From: Chlorokybus atmophyticus
Taxonomy: Eukaryota > Plantae > Mesostigma and Chlorokybus algae
Reading direction: 5' to 3'
DNA length: 64,000 nucleotides
NCBI GenBank assembly: GCA_009103225.1
Contig: RHPI01002656.1
Span: forward strand, 186,001-250,000
Shown: piece by piece, positions 25,432 through 37,348 of the stretch
Layout of the letters: every line of letters starts with the position of its first letter
Position numbering within the stretch: position 1 is the stretch's first letter
Program-made: the position numbers and the translations under genes
Notes under the pieces: model-generated
Told to the model about the DNA's origin: nothing
The model's input: the letters and a program-made list of their open reading frames with translations, nothing else
Databases searched by the model: none

Positions 25432-26288
25432 ATGAATTCCATGTTTGCACAGGGCGGGCAGGGTGCCGGAGGGGTGTCCTCGGTGTCAAACCCCACCAAG
25501 ACTACCAAGGGCACATCCAATGACAACAGTGACTCGGGCGATATTTTACAAAGCTCCCCCTCCGAGTGGGCAAAGGCACACCACAATACTGCCTCTAAGA
25601 AAATCCGACCCACCAGCAGCTGCGACCACGGCGACATGATTGAAGGGACCAAACAAGACTGGCATAACCAAGATGGGTTACGATGCACTGTCAATGCCAC
25701 ATGCTAGGGTTCTTGTATCTTGCACATGCACAGCCTCAAGTATCTTGCACTTGACATACTACTGTCAATACCACATGCACACCCTCATGCACAACCTCCA
25801 GTGTCATGCACATGAACAGCATGACCAATCTCGCAAATGCACAGCCTATTTCTACTTGCGGGAGCTCACAAGTCGCAAAAGAGAAGCTGCGGAGTACCAC
25901 GAACGGGTAATCCATGACCTAGTTTAATGTTTCCAGCGGTAATTAAGCAGTATGCTTGCAGATTGCCATGTTGGTCAGAGTGAACCAAGAGCAGCGCGGC
26001 AGGCTGACTGTCTGCCTGGCGGAGTGCAACAAAGCGGAAGACGAGGTAAGCGTGTGTATGCTGATGGGCTAGTCCTCTGGCAGCACGCCACTCTTACAGC
26101 ATTACCAAATGCAGGTGGTCACTCTCAAAGCGACCATCAAGCGCATGCGCGTGCACGGCGAGGCGCTGACATTCAAGCTGAAGGACGAAGTAGCCGCTGT
26201 ACTGTCAGCGAGCGAGGCAGCGGATGAAGATGACTCCGGCGTTGAAGCAGAAGACTCGTCGGAGGAGGAACAGGAGGAGGGGGTTTGA
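25432..26288 (+). CDS. Transposon cargo gene E: small spliced coiled-coil protein with acidic tail, unknown
   Basis: MNSMFAQGG... ; ...VNQEQRGRLTVCLAECNKAEDE|VVTLKATIKRMRVHGEALTFKLKDEVAAVLSASEAADEDDSGVEAEDSSEEEQEEGV*. The last two exons and their splice sites recur in the copy at 30085-30400. Confidence 0.5.
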
Positions 26289-26851
26289 GGAGGAGTTCTG
26301 AGGCAGGCACCACGGGTTGACAAGCTGCGCATGAGTCCAACAGCTAGACTCAATGTTATAGGGCAGTTTCATGCGCAAGTCGGCTGCTCAGTTGTACGTG
26401 GACATACTCTCACCACTGCCCGTACATTGTATATGTTGTGGGCTTTTAAGTGCAAGACCAAACAATCAGTCCAAGGTTTGTACAAGCTGCATGGCATGTT
26501 AGTGTTGGCTTACGGCAAGAATTGCCAACTTTTGTCAAACGGCAAGGGTCACATATTAACAGCAGTGTAACGGCAAAGAAACTGCCGGCTATTGCTGTCA
26601 GCTGTCCGTAACTACCGGCTAACGGCCGTCTGTGTACATCGACCAAAGGGTAACTGGTTGACGACTCTTGGCCGGTTAGTGCCGCTGACAACCACTTTCG
26701 GCCCGCGGCCGTCTGCGTCAGTTCACTTAAGCCAACGGCAAACCCAACAGTCCAAAAATAATATTTCAGGCAGCAACAGGCAGGCTCAGGCAGGCTCAGG
26801 CACCAGTCAGTCCCTCAGTCCTTAGTCAGTCACCGTGTAAAATTTGCGACG

Positions 26852-29781
26852 TCGGCCAGAGCTTCCGGTGTCGGCTGATTGCGCAATTCACCGTACATGT
26901 CTTTGATTAAACCTTCAAGACTGCCAGCTTCACAGCAAAGGTCGGCGTCCAGGCGCACCATCTCCTCCCCAATGTCAAAAAACACATGCCCACGACCATC
27001 ACCGATGCGCTGCAAAAAAACGCTGAACTCTTGCTGCTCTACTCCGGATTCTCCTGCAGCTTGTAGCGTCTGCACACGCATGTTGATATGCGGCTTCATC
27101 ACATTGATCCGGCTCCACATCGTGGAGTACTTCAAACTTGCGTGCACAATTTCCGAACGTGTTCGGCGCGGCACAACGGGTAAGATTTGTCGGAAGTCGC
27201 TGCCCAACACAACAACCTTGCCTCCAAAGAGCAGACCCGCTGCCTTTGGACACGCCGTGCTGATAATGTCTTGCAGTGTACTGTTAACCGCCTCAAAGCA
27301 GAGCTTGTTCATCATCAGAGCTTCATCCCAGACAATTAGCTCCGCGGCGATCATCAGCTTCGCTACGGAGCTGCCTCTAGAAATGTTGCAAGCTGAGGTT
27401 GCACTCAGCCCCCAGTGATGGGGATTTTGAATCTCGAATGAGCTGTTTTTCCACCTGCACAACCACAACTTATGTGAGCATGCTTGTACTCATTTTGCTG
27501 AATGCATACGTGTGATTTTGTCCAAAAGCACATTAACGTACGCATTGATTACCTCGAGTAACAATGCCGCAATGCCGGATGACGCAACAGCAATTGCAAC
27601 ACGTCGTTTGCTCCGAACATATGCAAGCAAGGTGTCGTAGAAAAACGTCTTGCCAGCACCTCCAGGACCGTCGACGAAAAGAGTTGAGTCCGAATCCGGT
27701 CGAGGTCTTTCAACTAATTGTACGACAGCGTTGTACGCGGCACGCTGTTGTGCATTCAGTTTCGGAACGTTAACCTCCACGCGCTGCCTCATCACATCCT
27801 GATCGTAAGCATTCAGCTCCTCTTCAACCAATGGAGAGTTGGAGTCCGTTGGCGCAGCTTGCGGTAGGGGCAACTCAGAATCCTCTAAGTCTTTGCCATG
27901 CTGTTGCAGCAGGCGTCTCAGATCGTGCAGCGCGTCATCAATGTCGCGCTAGTTCAGCGTGGCGTTAGGATCCAGCTGCACACGTAGCGAGTGAGATTTG
28001 ATTTCATATTGACTTGTGCACTAAATCCTTTTGCAATTTTGCAACTGCATGTATACTGTGCGTACGCTTCGTCGTCGATAAGTGAAATCGTCCGTAAATT
28101 GCTCCAGAAACTTGGTCCACAATGTGAGCGGATTTAGTGCCTCATTGAAGACCAAGATAATCGCGAACATCGCACGAAGCTGCCTCCCTGTTTTTGACTG
28201 CGATACAACACGCTTATCAGGCCATCAATATGCATCATCGACTTACTGCAATATGTGCTTACGACGGCAGCATCGCCGATTGCTAGCTCCCACTCGTTGT
28301 CCTCCTGCAGCAGTCCTCGCGCTACGCAAGCTTCTTTGAATGTAGCATGTACGCGCTCATCGGTCACTTCATATGTTGTGCGCAAGCGCGCAAAACTGGT
28401 GGCTCCTGGTACATTATGTAGAAGCATACGCAGATAAAGCTTCTCGCTGTATCTGGGAGAAATGTAATTCATGCGGCCAATGGCAAGAAACCGCCGCTTC
28501 TTCTTGCGTAGGGTCCATTCCTTCTTATACCATCGTGCAATGGATGGGACGTCTTGATACAATGTGGACAACGCGATGGCTTTTCAACAGCAAGATCGTT
28601 TTACAACTCTGTCCTAAACTGAGCTTCAGCCTTCCGATTGAGCTCAAACCAATGTATGAGTGTGGTCGGCGCACCTCTTTCAACCACGTCCGCGAGTGGC
28701 GTGTCCTCATTGTAGTACACAGTCTGCTGATCTGGCAAGTGCACGGCCAGCCGCTCAACTTTCGGAAGCTCACGATGGATCTCAAAGCAGTATATGCACC
28801 AGCAAGCCGCGCTCGAAGACACATAGTGCCCTTTCAGATGTCGCTTGATCTCGTCAATGAGAGGTTGCACCTCACTGTCAGCATCCGGGGCGGGTACGTC
28901 CACCATAGCGCGATTATGTCCCTTGTACACATACTTGTACAGGTACTTGACGGAGGACACAGAAGAAATCTCGACGTTGATGTGGGCGTTATACTTGAGC
29001 GTCAGGAACTTGTTGTAAGGTACTACGTCGATGTTCGTCAACACTACTTCGTTCCCACCCACACTCTTAACGAAAGTGCGGCCATCTGCACGTCGCCGGT
29101 ACACCGGGTATGATCCGGTGCTGTCCGTCGTGGTGGCTTGAAACTGCTTTAGGTACTTCGTCGTGCAGATCTTCTCTTGGTCCATGCAGGGGCTTTTTGG
29201 GTTTCGCACGCCGCAAGGACCGTGCACCATCAGACTGGTGACGATGTTATACAGCTCTGGCTCGTTGATTTTGTCGAGCAGCTCCGCGCACACGATGTTG
29301 TCGTAATCATCTGTTGTTTTGGGTCTGTCTTGCGGCCAGCACGATAACAATGTGTGCATGCGGCAGCCCATTGCACGTGACCACGTAATAAGTATTGCAT
29401 TATCTGTGATGTATACGCATGGGTTTAAGTCCCCGATCTGTTTACTTGTCAACCCACTCACCTTTCTGCCACTCAATGGTGTAGATGATACTAGCGACTT
29501 TGCCCAGACGCGAGCTTCATGTGAAACACGCGTGCTACAATATCTGGTCGATCGGTGGCCGTCTGCCCTTCCAACAATGCTTCTTGTATCTCCGTCCACT
29601 TCGGGTTGCATGTGAACGTGATGAACAGATCTGGCACTCCATGCGTTCTCACGATTGCCATAGCATCCTGATACAACTGTGTCATGTGTCGCGGAGTACC
29701 AATGGACTTCGATGGCAACACAATCCGTTGTCCCATCTCCTGTCCTTGCAGACCGTCGTTTGCGTCTACCGCATCACGCAC
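26852..29781 (-). pseudogene. Helitron Rep (HUH/Y2) and N-terminal PIF1 helicase, frameshifted
   Basis: ORFs 29491-29781, 28601-29611, 28134-28571, 27490-27873 and 26830-27468 are consecutive RepHel segments in changing frames. Confidence 0.92.
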
Positions 29782-30053
29782 ACCTGCTATTACATTTTAT
29801 AGTATGAGTAACGCTCATGAGAACTGTGCTGACGTCATTTATCGTATTTAAAGTTGAGTAATATACCTTTGTACAGATCGGCGCGCAGTTGCTTTTGATG
29901 GGTTCGTACCCACGCGAAACGTTGCGCCTCCACTTTTGCATAAGCAGAGACCACGTACTCTTCATACAGTCGACGCCCTCGCGTGAACTGCCCACTCCAC
30001 ACGCTGGCATCGCGACCCTATCATATATAAGGATAAAAAGTGCAGTACCAAAC

Positions 30054-30960
30054 AATTAAGCAGTATGCTTGCAGATTGTAATTTTAGTCAGAGAGAACCA
30101 AGAGCAGCACGGCAAGCTGATTGTCTGCCTGGCGGAGTGCGACAAAGCGGAAGAGAAAGTAATCATGTGTATGCTAATGGGCTAGTCCTCTGACATCACG
30201 CCACTCTTATAGCATTACCAAATGCAAGTGGTCACTCTCAAAGCAACAATCAAGCGCATGCGCGTGCACGGCGAGGTGCTGACATTCAAGCTGAAGGAAG
30301 AAGTAGCCGCTGTATTGTCAGAGGCAGCAGATGAAGATGACTTCGATGTTGAAGCAGAAGACTTGTCGGAGGAGGAACAGGAGGAGGGGGTTGTTTGAGG
30401 AGGCGTTCTGAGGCAGGCACCACGGGTTGACAAGCTGCGCATGAGTGCGACAGCTAGACTCAATGCTGTAGGTAGTTTCATGTGCAAGTCCGCTGCTCAG
30501 TTGCAAGTGGACATACTCTCACCACTGCAGGTATCATACATTATGTTGTATATATTGGGGGCTTATACTTGCACCAAACAATCAGTCCAAGGTTTGTACA
30601 AGCTGCATGGCATGTTAGTGGTAGCTTACGACAAGAATTGTCAACTTTTGTCATACGGTAAGGGTCATATATTAACAGCAGTGTAACGGCAAGGAAACTG
30701 CCGGCTATTGCTGTCAGCTGTCCGTAACTACCGGCTAACGGCCGTCTGTGCATATTGACCAAAGCGGTTGACAAATCTCGGCCGGTCAGTGCCACTGGCA
30801 ACCACTTTCGGCCCGCGGCCGTTTACGTCAGTCCACATAAGCCAACGGCAAACCCAACAGTCCAAAGGTAACATTTCAGGCGGCGGCAGGCAAGCTCAGG
30901 CAGGCTCAAGCACCCGTCAGTCCCTCAGTCCTTAGTCAGTCACCGTGTAAATTTGCGACG
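30054..30960. mobile_element. Orphan right-end fragment of the same Plavaka-type family
   Basis: Colinear, diverged copy of 25941-26851, ending in the same terminus gtcaccgtgtaaatttgcgacg, followed by TA. No matching left end found. Confidence 0.9.
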
Positions 30961-31372
30961 TACTTGGCGTATACATTTAACAGATTTTGACAAATATTGG
31001 TGTGTTGCCGGCAATTGCCATGAAGCACTTTAGATTCGTGTACCGTTGACGAACTATTCACCAGCCCTTACTATGTGACCATTTTATGCAATTGCAAGAA
31101 TATTTTGCCTCATGACTACAACTTGTGTCATAAGTTGACAAAAGAAAGATAACATGATTGTGCACTTTGCAGGATATATTATGTATGTGCAATACGTGAT
31201 GTTAATAGGCACAGTCTTAACGTGCCCATATTACTCTACTGATGCCACTATTTGAGTCCAATACGCATGGGTTTAATGTTTAAAAATGGTGTTGAGGTAT
31301 TACGCATGCACTACACAATATTATTCATATTCCTTTGCAAGTAGCACATAATGCAACATAAAATTGCATATA

Positions 31373-31426
31373 ATGGTTGTGCGGAAGTTAATGTGGTTTA
31401 AACCACATTAACTTCCGCACAACCAT
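31373..31426. repeat. Perfect 54-bp palindrome without spacer
   Basis: atggttgtgcggaagttaatgtggttt|aaaccacattaacttccgcacaaccat. Confidence 0.95.
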
Positions 31427-34124
31427 GCGAGCTTTGCACTTAAACTATTAAATGTGTTGCAATTGAGCATTGGTGTACGCAGGCAACACATGCTAGGCAT
31501 GCACTACATCATCATTCAATTATACATGTGCGCGTAGCTACAAAAAATCGTACTTTTTTGGTTGTGGTAAGTTTAAGTTTTCACACATTAAATCAAACAA
31601 GCTGATAAAGTAGTACATCCCGGTACACACCGATGCATGCCATTTGCATTGGAACGGAGTACGCACTATACACACGGCGATAATGAGTTTAACACAAATA
31701 GTTAATATGATGATTTATAATACTAATTGAATTGCATTACCACGTCATGATGTGCATTGTAACGTTCGACATTTCCCCGTAGGCCATTCATGAAAAAGGC
31801 GCTTACATGTTGAGTTTTTCTTATAATTGGTAAATATCCAAGCCCTCACGTTGTGCACTAGAGGGCTACTATACCATGCACCAACTTAAATGGGCACATG
31901 AATCAATTCGAGTTTGAAATCAATATCCAGCATCTTAACAAGTATGAAAGTGTGACCAACGTCATAAGTTACCTTAAACATCAATTAAGCCTGGTATACT
32001 CAGCATCATATTTATGCAGATGATGATCAATTGACCAACAGTGGACACATTTTCCCCTGCAGCATCCAAATTTTTCAGACAAGTTTCACTTGGAAAATGA
32101 GGGAAAACACATGAAGCGGCAAAATAAGCATGATAGCGGTATCGTTAAAGATCATAATTATAATTTGCATGTTATTGATTAACTTTTCATCTCGCCATTT
32201 TTCAAGCCCCAACTTCCTTTGCCCGGAATCCAAAACCCTTTATGTATCCCCCAAAGCCGGCCTTTCGTCTCCTTGTGAAACCTTATGGTTGCGCAATATA
32301 AGTGCGCAAGCAAAGTTCATACGCATTGCGCTAGTTGGATGGACTCATCCGCAAGCAATCGGCAAGGTAACTTCTATCCCTGTTGAGGCAATCCGCATCA
32401 ATTCTAACGGCACGCAAGCTCATTTTTGTAATGCTTATTATCATTATGCATTTAATCAAACATGATTGTGTATCATGCGTACATCGCGACCAAGACTGCT
32501 GGTGAGCAACAATCTCACACCTAAATTCCTAGTTACGCAATGTGTATGTGCAAATCAATGTGATTGGTTCAACAACATGTTTTGCTTTGCATGATAACTC
32601 ACATGCATCTGGTGTCAGCATAGACAATGGCTGGTAGCCACTGGCGGTCAACTTGCACGCCAAGCACCATTGATGAAATAAATTTACCTACTCGTATAAT
32701 ACGGAGGGAAGCTTTATGATTGAAACTATCCTCCGTTATGATAACACAACTGTAAGTGAGTATTATGTATACGGTGTTTACCGCCATGGCCAGCATGTGG
32801 CCGTAACTTATCAGCATGCACAAGCCTCGGAAGTATTAGCCCAAACGGCTTCATTTGGGCAATTAAGACTCTGGATTCAGACCACGAGGTCGGGTACGAC
32901 ATTGACGGAAGTATCGTACTTCGTTGGATACGACCCTTATTTACAAACAATTGTTCGTAAGGGAGGGTTTAAAGCCCCCCTCACAAAATCAACGGGGGGT
33001 GTTGTATTAAGGGACAATATGAGTGTAAGCGGGGTCTTAAAGCCCCCGTTGCATTATATCCCCCCCCCCTCTTTCAACAGGAGGTGTTTGAATGGGGTGG
33101 GGTGGGGTGGGTTGTCGAAATGCAGTAATCACACAAATTCATGATATCTGGTGATTGTGTTTTGCATAGTTGACCAATCATCAACCAATGCTATGCCCAG
33201 TTTAATTTAAGATAGCGTGTGGCTACTCGTACTGTTGCCCGGGACCTCGACGCTTCCATAAAGTCATCAACGTTTAAAGTCGCACATCATGTGTTTGTGT
33301 CGTGCAGCCTGCTGATGTGACGTGGCACGAGTCGTGCTTTCTTGGGTTTGTGGGCACGGCAGTCGTCTCCATGCATGCTGTAAGCTTAGTTGCTGTTAGA
33401 GTAGCTTACTGCGCCTTGTTGCACGTACGGCGTTGGGCGCTGAGGTGGCGGAGGTGGCGCTGCTGGCTAGTGAAAACGCCGTCTGAGCAGGCGAGCTGCA
33501 GGTTCCCTGCCCTTTGCGTTCTGTGCTGCTCAGGTGACGGTAAACTTGCTTGAGAAGCACGTTGCCACAGACCACAGCCGGTGAGTGGCGCTGTGCTTGC
33601 GAGCTTGGTGCTGGCAGGGTTGCAACAGTATACGGAATCAAACTGCAAGGGTCAGAAGGTATGTGGATCTTCTTGATGGCAATGCAAGTCAGCCGCAATG
33701 TGTTGGAATGCTTGTCCAGTCTAGCTGCATTGGCATTGAGTTTTTGACAAGCCTCAGTGTGAAACGGCAAACATTGTTACAGCAATAGTGCGGACGAACA
33801 ATTAGCTTCCATGCAGTGCAATCTGAACTTTTGCCACTGCGCTATGTGCAGAAGTTCAACCTGCCTTGCGTGGAAGAAGCACATAACCAGCGTTGTTGCT
33901 TGAACAGTTCTGCTTTTACAATACGCTTATTTGGGAATCGCACTTGTGCTGTGTCATCATGCTCACGTTACATGCAGGCGGCCAACTATCAGTGCCAGAA
34001 ACATAAGGAACATGCCCAGTGTTGTGCATGTATGTTCTACTGTGTACATGTGTGGAATGAGTTCACACAGAGACCACTGCAGGCTGAGAGACAACCAGCT
34101 CAGGCTTCTACACAATACTGCGCG

Positions 34125-36143
34125 ATGACCACTGCTTCAGAACCAAACTGGGCGAACCTCTCAGAACTGCCGCTTCTGCGCGTGCTGGCAGCTGCCGGGG
34201 GCAGCGCTGCTGGCATTGCCGCGACCGTCTGCAGGTACCGCAGTTGTTGGCTGTCAACACAACACTTTGCTAGCATGTTTCATGTGGTTCAGTAGCTCCG
34301 ACCTGGCAGTATCAGTGACTTGTAGTGTCTAGCTTGCAAGCATTGCGACCTGGACAGTGATGTTGGAAATACTGCTTGCGCACACTTCAAAGCTGACGCA
34401 CAACTGCTCCAGTACAGAAGCTGTCAGCAGCATATTCCAATACTCTGAAAATGCAATTGACTCGGTCATGCAACCATGGCACTTGCTTGAATGTGAATAT
34501 GGTCAGCAGCTGCATGCATAGTGTAGTTAGCAGCTCAGCATAGGCACACATGACAACATGTTTGAAAAAGGAATATCTGTCACCAGCCTGACATGTGCAC
34601 AACAACACTCTCAAGGTCATGGCGGAAGGTTGCAGCATCAGAGACGCTGTGGCATGAGCTTTGCGAATCTGAGAGCTTAAAAAAGAAAGGCGCATCCACT
34701 TGGGCCGGTACATATGCTCAGGAGGTGCGCACGCGATGCAACTGGCAACACGGACGCTTTCGGACATCACAGTGGTCACCGCAAGAATCACGTAAGCAAA
34801 CACAACCACAGCATGTAAACGCGTGTGTTGCACATTACTGAACTCAACCCACGTAACATTGATGTGGCAGGTGAAGGCCACTGGGTGACGGGCGTGTACT
34901 TGTTTGAGGGCTTCATTGTGCTCTTGCAGAATGTGGTACACGAGGGCGAGCAGAACTGGAGAAGGCGGCTGGACGTGTGGGACCACGTGACGAGCACCCA
35001 TCTGCACGAGTTGCGAAGCTGGTGGAATCCTGCCTTCACTGTGCTGATAAGCGGGCACAGGGACCGGCTGGTTGCATGCGATGGCACAGGTGCGATGCAC
35101 GTGTGGCATATCCCCTCGGGCCGCCTCCTCATCCACGCCGTGCCAGACAACCCTGTCCCCTTGGTTGTGCGCATCGAGATGAATGACACACACCTCGTCA
35201 CCGCCCATGTGGGCGACAACTCAATACTGGTCTCATATCTGGCAACACAGCTTGGTGTCAATTTGTTATTTGCCATGCATGACACTGGCTGAAGATCCTA
35301 TGCCAGGTGCGTGCTTGGGATGCTCACCACTTGGGAATGCTGTCTCACAAGCGATGGCGAGAGGTGGATGTAGAGGTGTGTTTCGGGCTGCACCGCAGCA
35401 CGGTGGAGTTTGCTTTGTCTATGACGGGCCGAAATGTTGCGGACGGCGACTTGACCCCGCGTCGCGAGATCATCGTGTGGGACCTGTTTGCACAGGAAGA
35501 GGTGTGTCGCGCAACCCTTGGCTACGGTTACAGCAGGGTCAACGCTCTGTTCATGGACGTGAACACCATCTACGTCTGCTTCAATGAGTCTGTTTGCTTG
35601 TGGGACAAAGCAACGCAACGGCTTCTGCGCACAGTATGTATACCCAGCTCTCACCTCCGTGTCGATAAGTGAGTGACTACTGTCCTATTCTGCGCCTGCA
35701 TGCAGTTCGATTTGGAACCTGATTCAGTTGTTGTCATGGCAGGTGGAGTGCGTTCACCAACCTCGTGGTGCATGAAGGATGGATTCTGGTTGGCATGGGC
35801 TGGGCATGTGAAGGCGCTCTCTCGGAGAACGCCGTCACCGGCCTGGATGTGTTCTTCGCACCCGTTGAGCGACGCAAAGGTGAGCCACATATATTAGTGC
35901 TTGAAGTGTGATTGGGAAATTGGGATTGACAAAATGACAAATAAACACTGCGCATTTGTAGGTTCACGGGTAAGTCGCAAGGACAAGTTTCATTGGCAGC
36001 GTGCCTTGGATGGCACCGAGTACCTCGCCAGCCCTCTTGTAACGTTAGTGGCTTGCTGGCCGACCATTTGCGCCATTGGCACCAGCTCTGCCGTTGGCAT
36101 GTTAACTGCGTCTCCCGCGTCAAATGGTACAAATGAGTTCTGA
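34125..36143 (+). CDS. F-box protein with WD40-like repeats, copy 1 (apparently intact, 6 exons)
   Basis: F-box WANLSELPLLRVLAAAGGSAAGIAATVCR|SWRKVAASETLWHELC. WD-like ends LDVWD, MHVWH, VRAWD, IIVWD, VCLWD. Splicing at GT-AG sites gives an open frame to ...NGTNEF*. Confidence 0.8.
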
Positions 36144-36657
36144 CCAGATGTGTAACTTCCAGTAGTACTGGAATCGTGTCCTGTTTGCAGCCACTGTGCT
36201 TGTTAATGCAGCATGTGCTTGTACTCCGTGTTCTGTCAGCATGTATACACAACACCCTTGTATGCATTGCATTCATTGTACACATATGCCGTCACCATTG
36301 TTTGTACATCTCAACTATCTAACTGTCATTGTGCATTGTTTTCATAACTGCCAACGGCAACCGACTACAGCCTTTCAAGGGTATTGCCGCAGCTTGTTAC
36401 GTCTTGTACATGCATGTACATGCAACCTGCGTTGTTGTGCAAAGAACGTCACAGTCGGTCAAACCCCGTAAGTAACAATGCATGGCAAAACATAGCTAAC
36501 GACGTTGCTTATGTTAGGATGATGTTAGTGGTAGGCGGGCATAGTAAACTCACATTCCCCCCTCAATAGTATTATGTGTGTGATACAAGTGCTATTGCTG
36601 CTAGCTGATTAAAAATTTTTGGTAATGACAAACTCGGCTGTCCAGACTTGATCCGAA

Positions 36658-36697
36658 TACTTGTAGCCAAATGTGTGCACAGATTTGGCTACAAGTA
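36658..36697. repeat. 40-bp near-perfect palindrome
   Basis: tacttgtagccaaat-g-tgtgcaca-g-atttggctacaagta. Confidence 0.85.
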
Positions 36698-37231
36698 CTT
36701 AGATCAATATAGCCACAAGTACTCAGATCAGTCTCATGTGGTTTGCTGCATGGGCATTGGCAATGCTACCACTGAACCATTAATTTTGAACAGGCTACGG
36801 TTGTCGTCGGCACCACATGCGCATTGAAAGCATGTGCAAACCTGCATTGATTTAACGTCATGCCGTAATTTACCAATTAGCTAGCTCATGTATTACAACA
36901 ACCGTTGTGTATAGTATGTCAGGCATTCAGTAATATACGAAATGGTCATAAGAATCTTATACGCCAAGTTGACGCTTGTCAAGAAGTTGTCATCTTACAT
37001 GAGGCTCATGTTGAGACATTCAATAATAATGCTATGCCCTTTGCAACGCGTAAAACATACTTGCAACACGCAGGCTAATAAGCACTTTAAAGTTGTTAGC
37101 CTGCCTGGATATCGAGTGGATAGGCATGTTTATTAATGCCACCTTACAAAAAATCATTATGATTGTGAAAATTTGGCGGATTGCCCACCATATTTATGCC
37201 TATAGAGCCCCTCCGCCCCTCCGCTCCCCCC

Positions 37232-37348
37232 NNNNNNNNNNNNNNNNNNNNNNNNNNNNNNNNNNNNNNNNNNNNNNNNNNNNNNNNNNNNNNNNNNNNN
37301 NNNNNNNNNNNNNNNNNNNNNNNNNNNNNNNNNNNNNNNNNNNNNNNN
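37232..37348. other. Assembly gap (run of N)
   Basis: 117 N. The sequence right after the gap is identical to 42207-42250. Confidence 0.99.

Larger units (their letters stand above)
14411..26851. mobile_element. 12,441-bp Plavaka-type (CMC/EnSpm-like) DNA transposon with cargo genes, internally deleted
   Basis: Termini CGTCGCAA...TTGCGACG, flanked on both sides by TC (14409-10 and 26852-53). Removing the element and one TC restores the Helitron frame L-A-E-Y-V (ctg gcc gag tat gtc on the minus strand). Contains a Plavaka-like transposase. Confidence 0.88.
13649..29790 (-). mobile_element. Helitron (Rep-PIF1), decayed and intron-containing, interrupted by a 12.4-kb TIR element; true termini not resolved
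   Basis: Rep part 28600-29781: GQRIVLPS, PDLFITFTCNPKW, DRPDIVARVF, GLPHAH (HUH), VHGPCG, VPYN, KYLYKYVYKG. Helicase part: [92 protein letters not shown]. Confidence 0.95.

Noticed and set aside
30961-33200. Possible gene or viral insert in the AT-rich block (ORFs 32130-32465 and 32716-33144)
   Set aside because: No recognisable motifs, splice structure or viral hallmark genes; most likely decayed repeat sequence.
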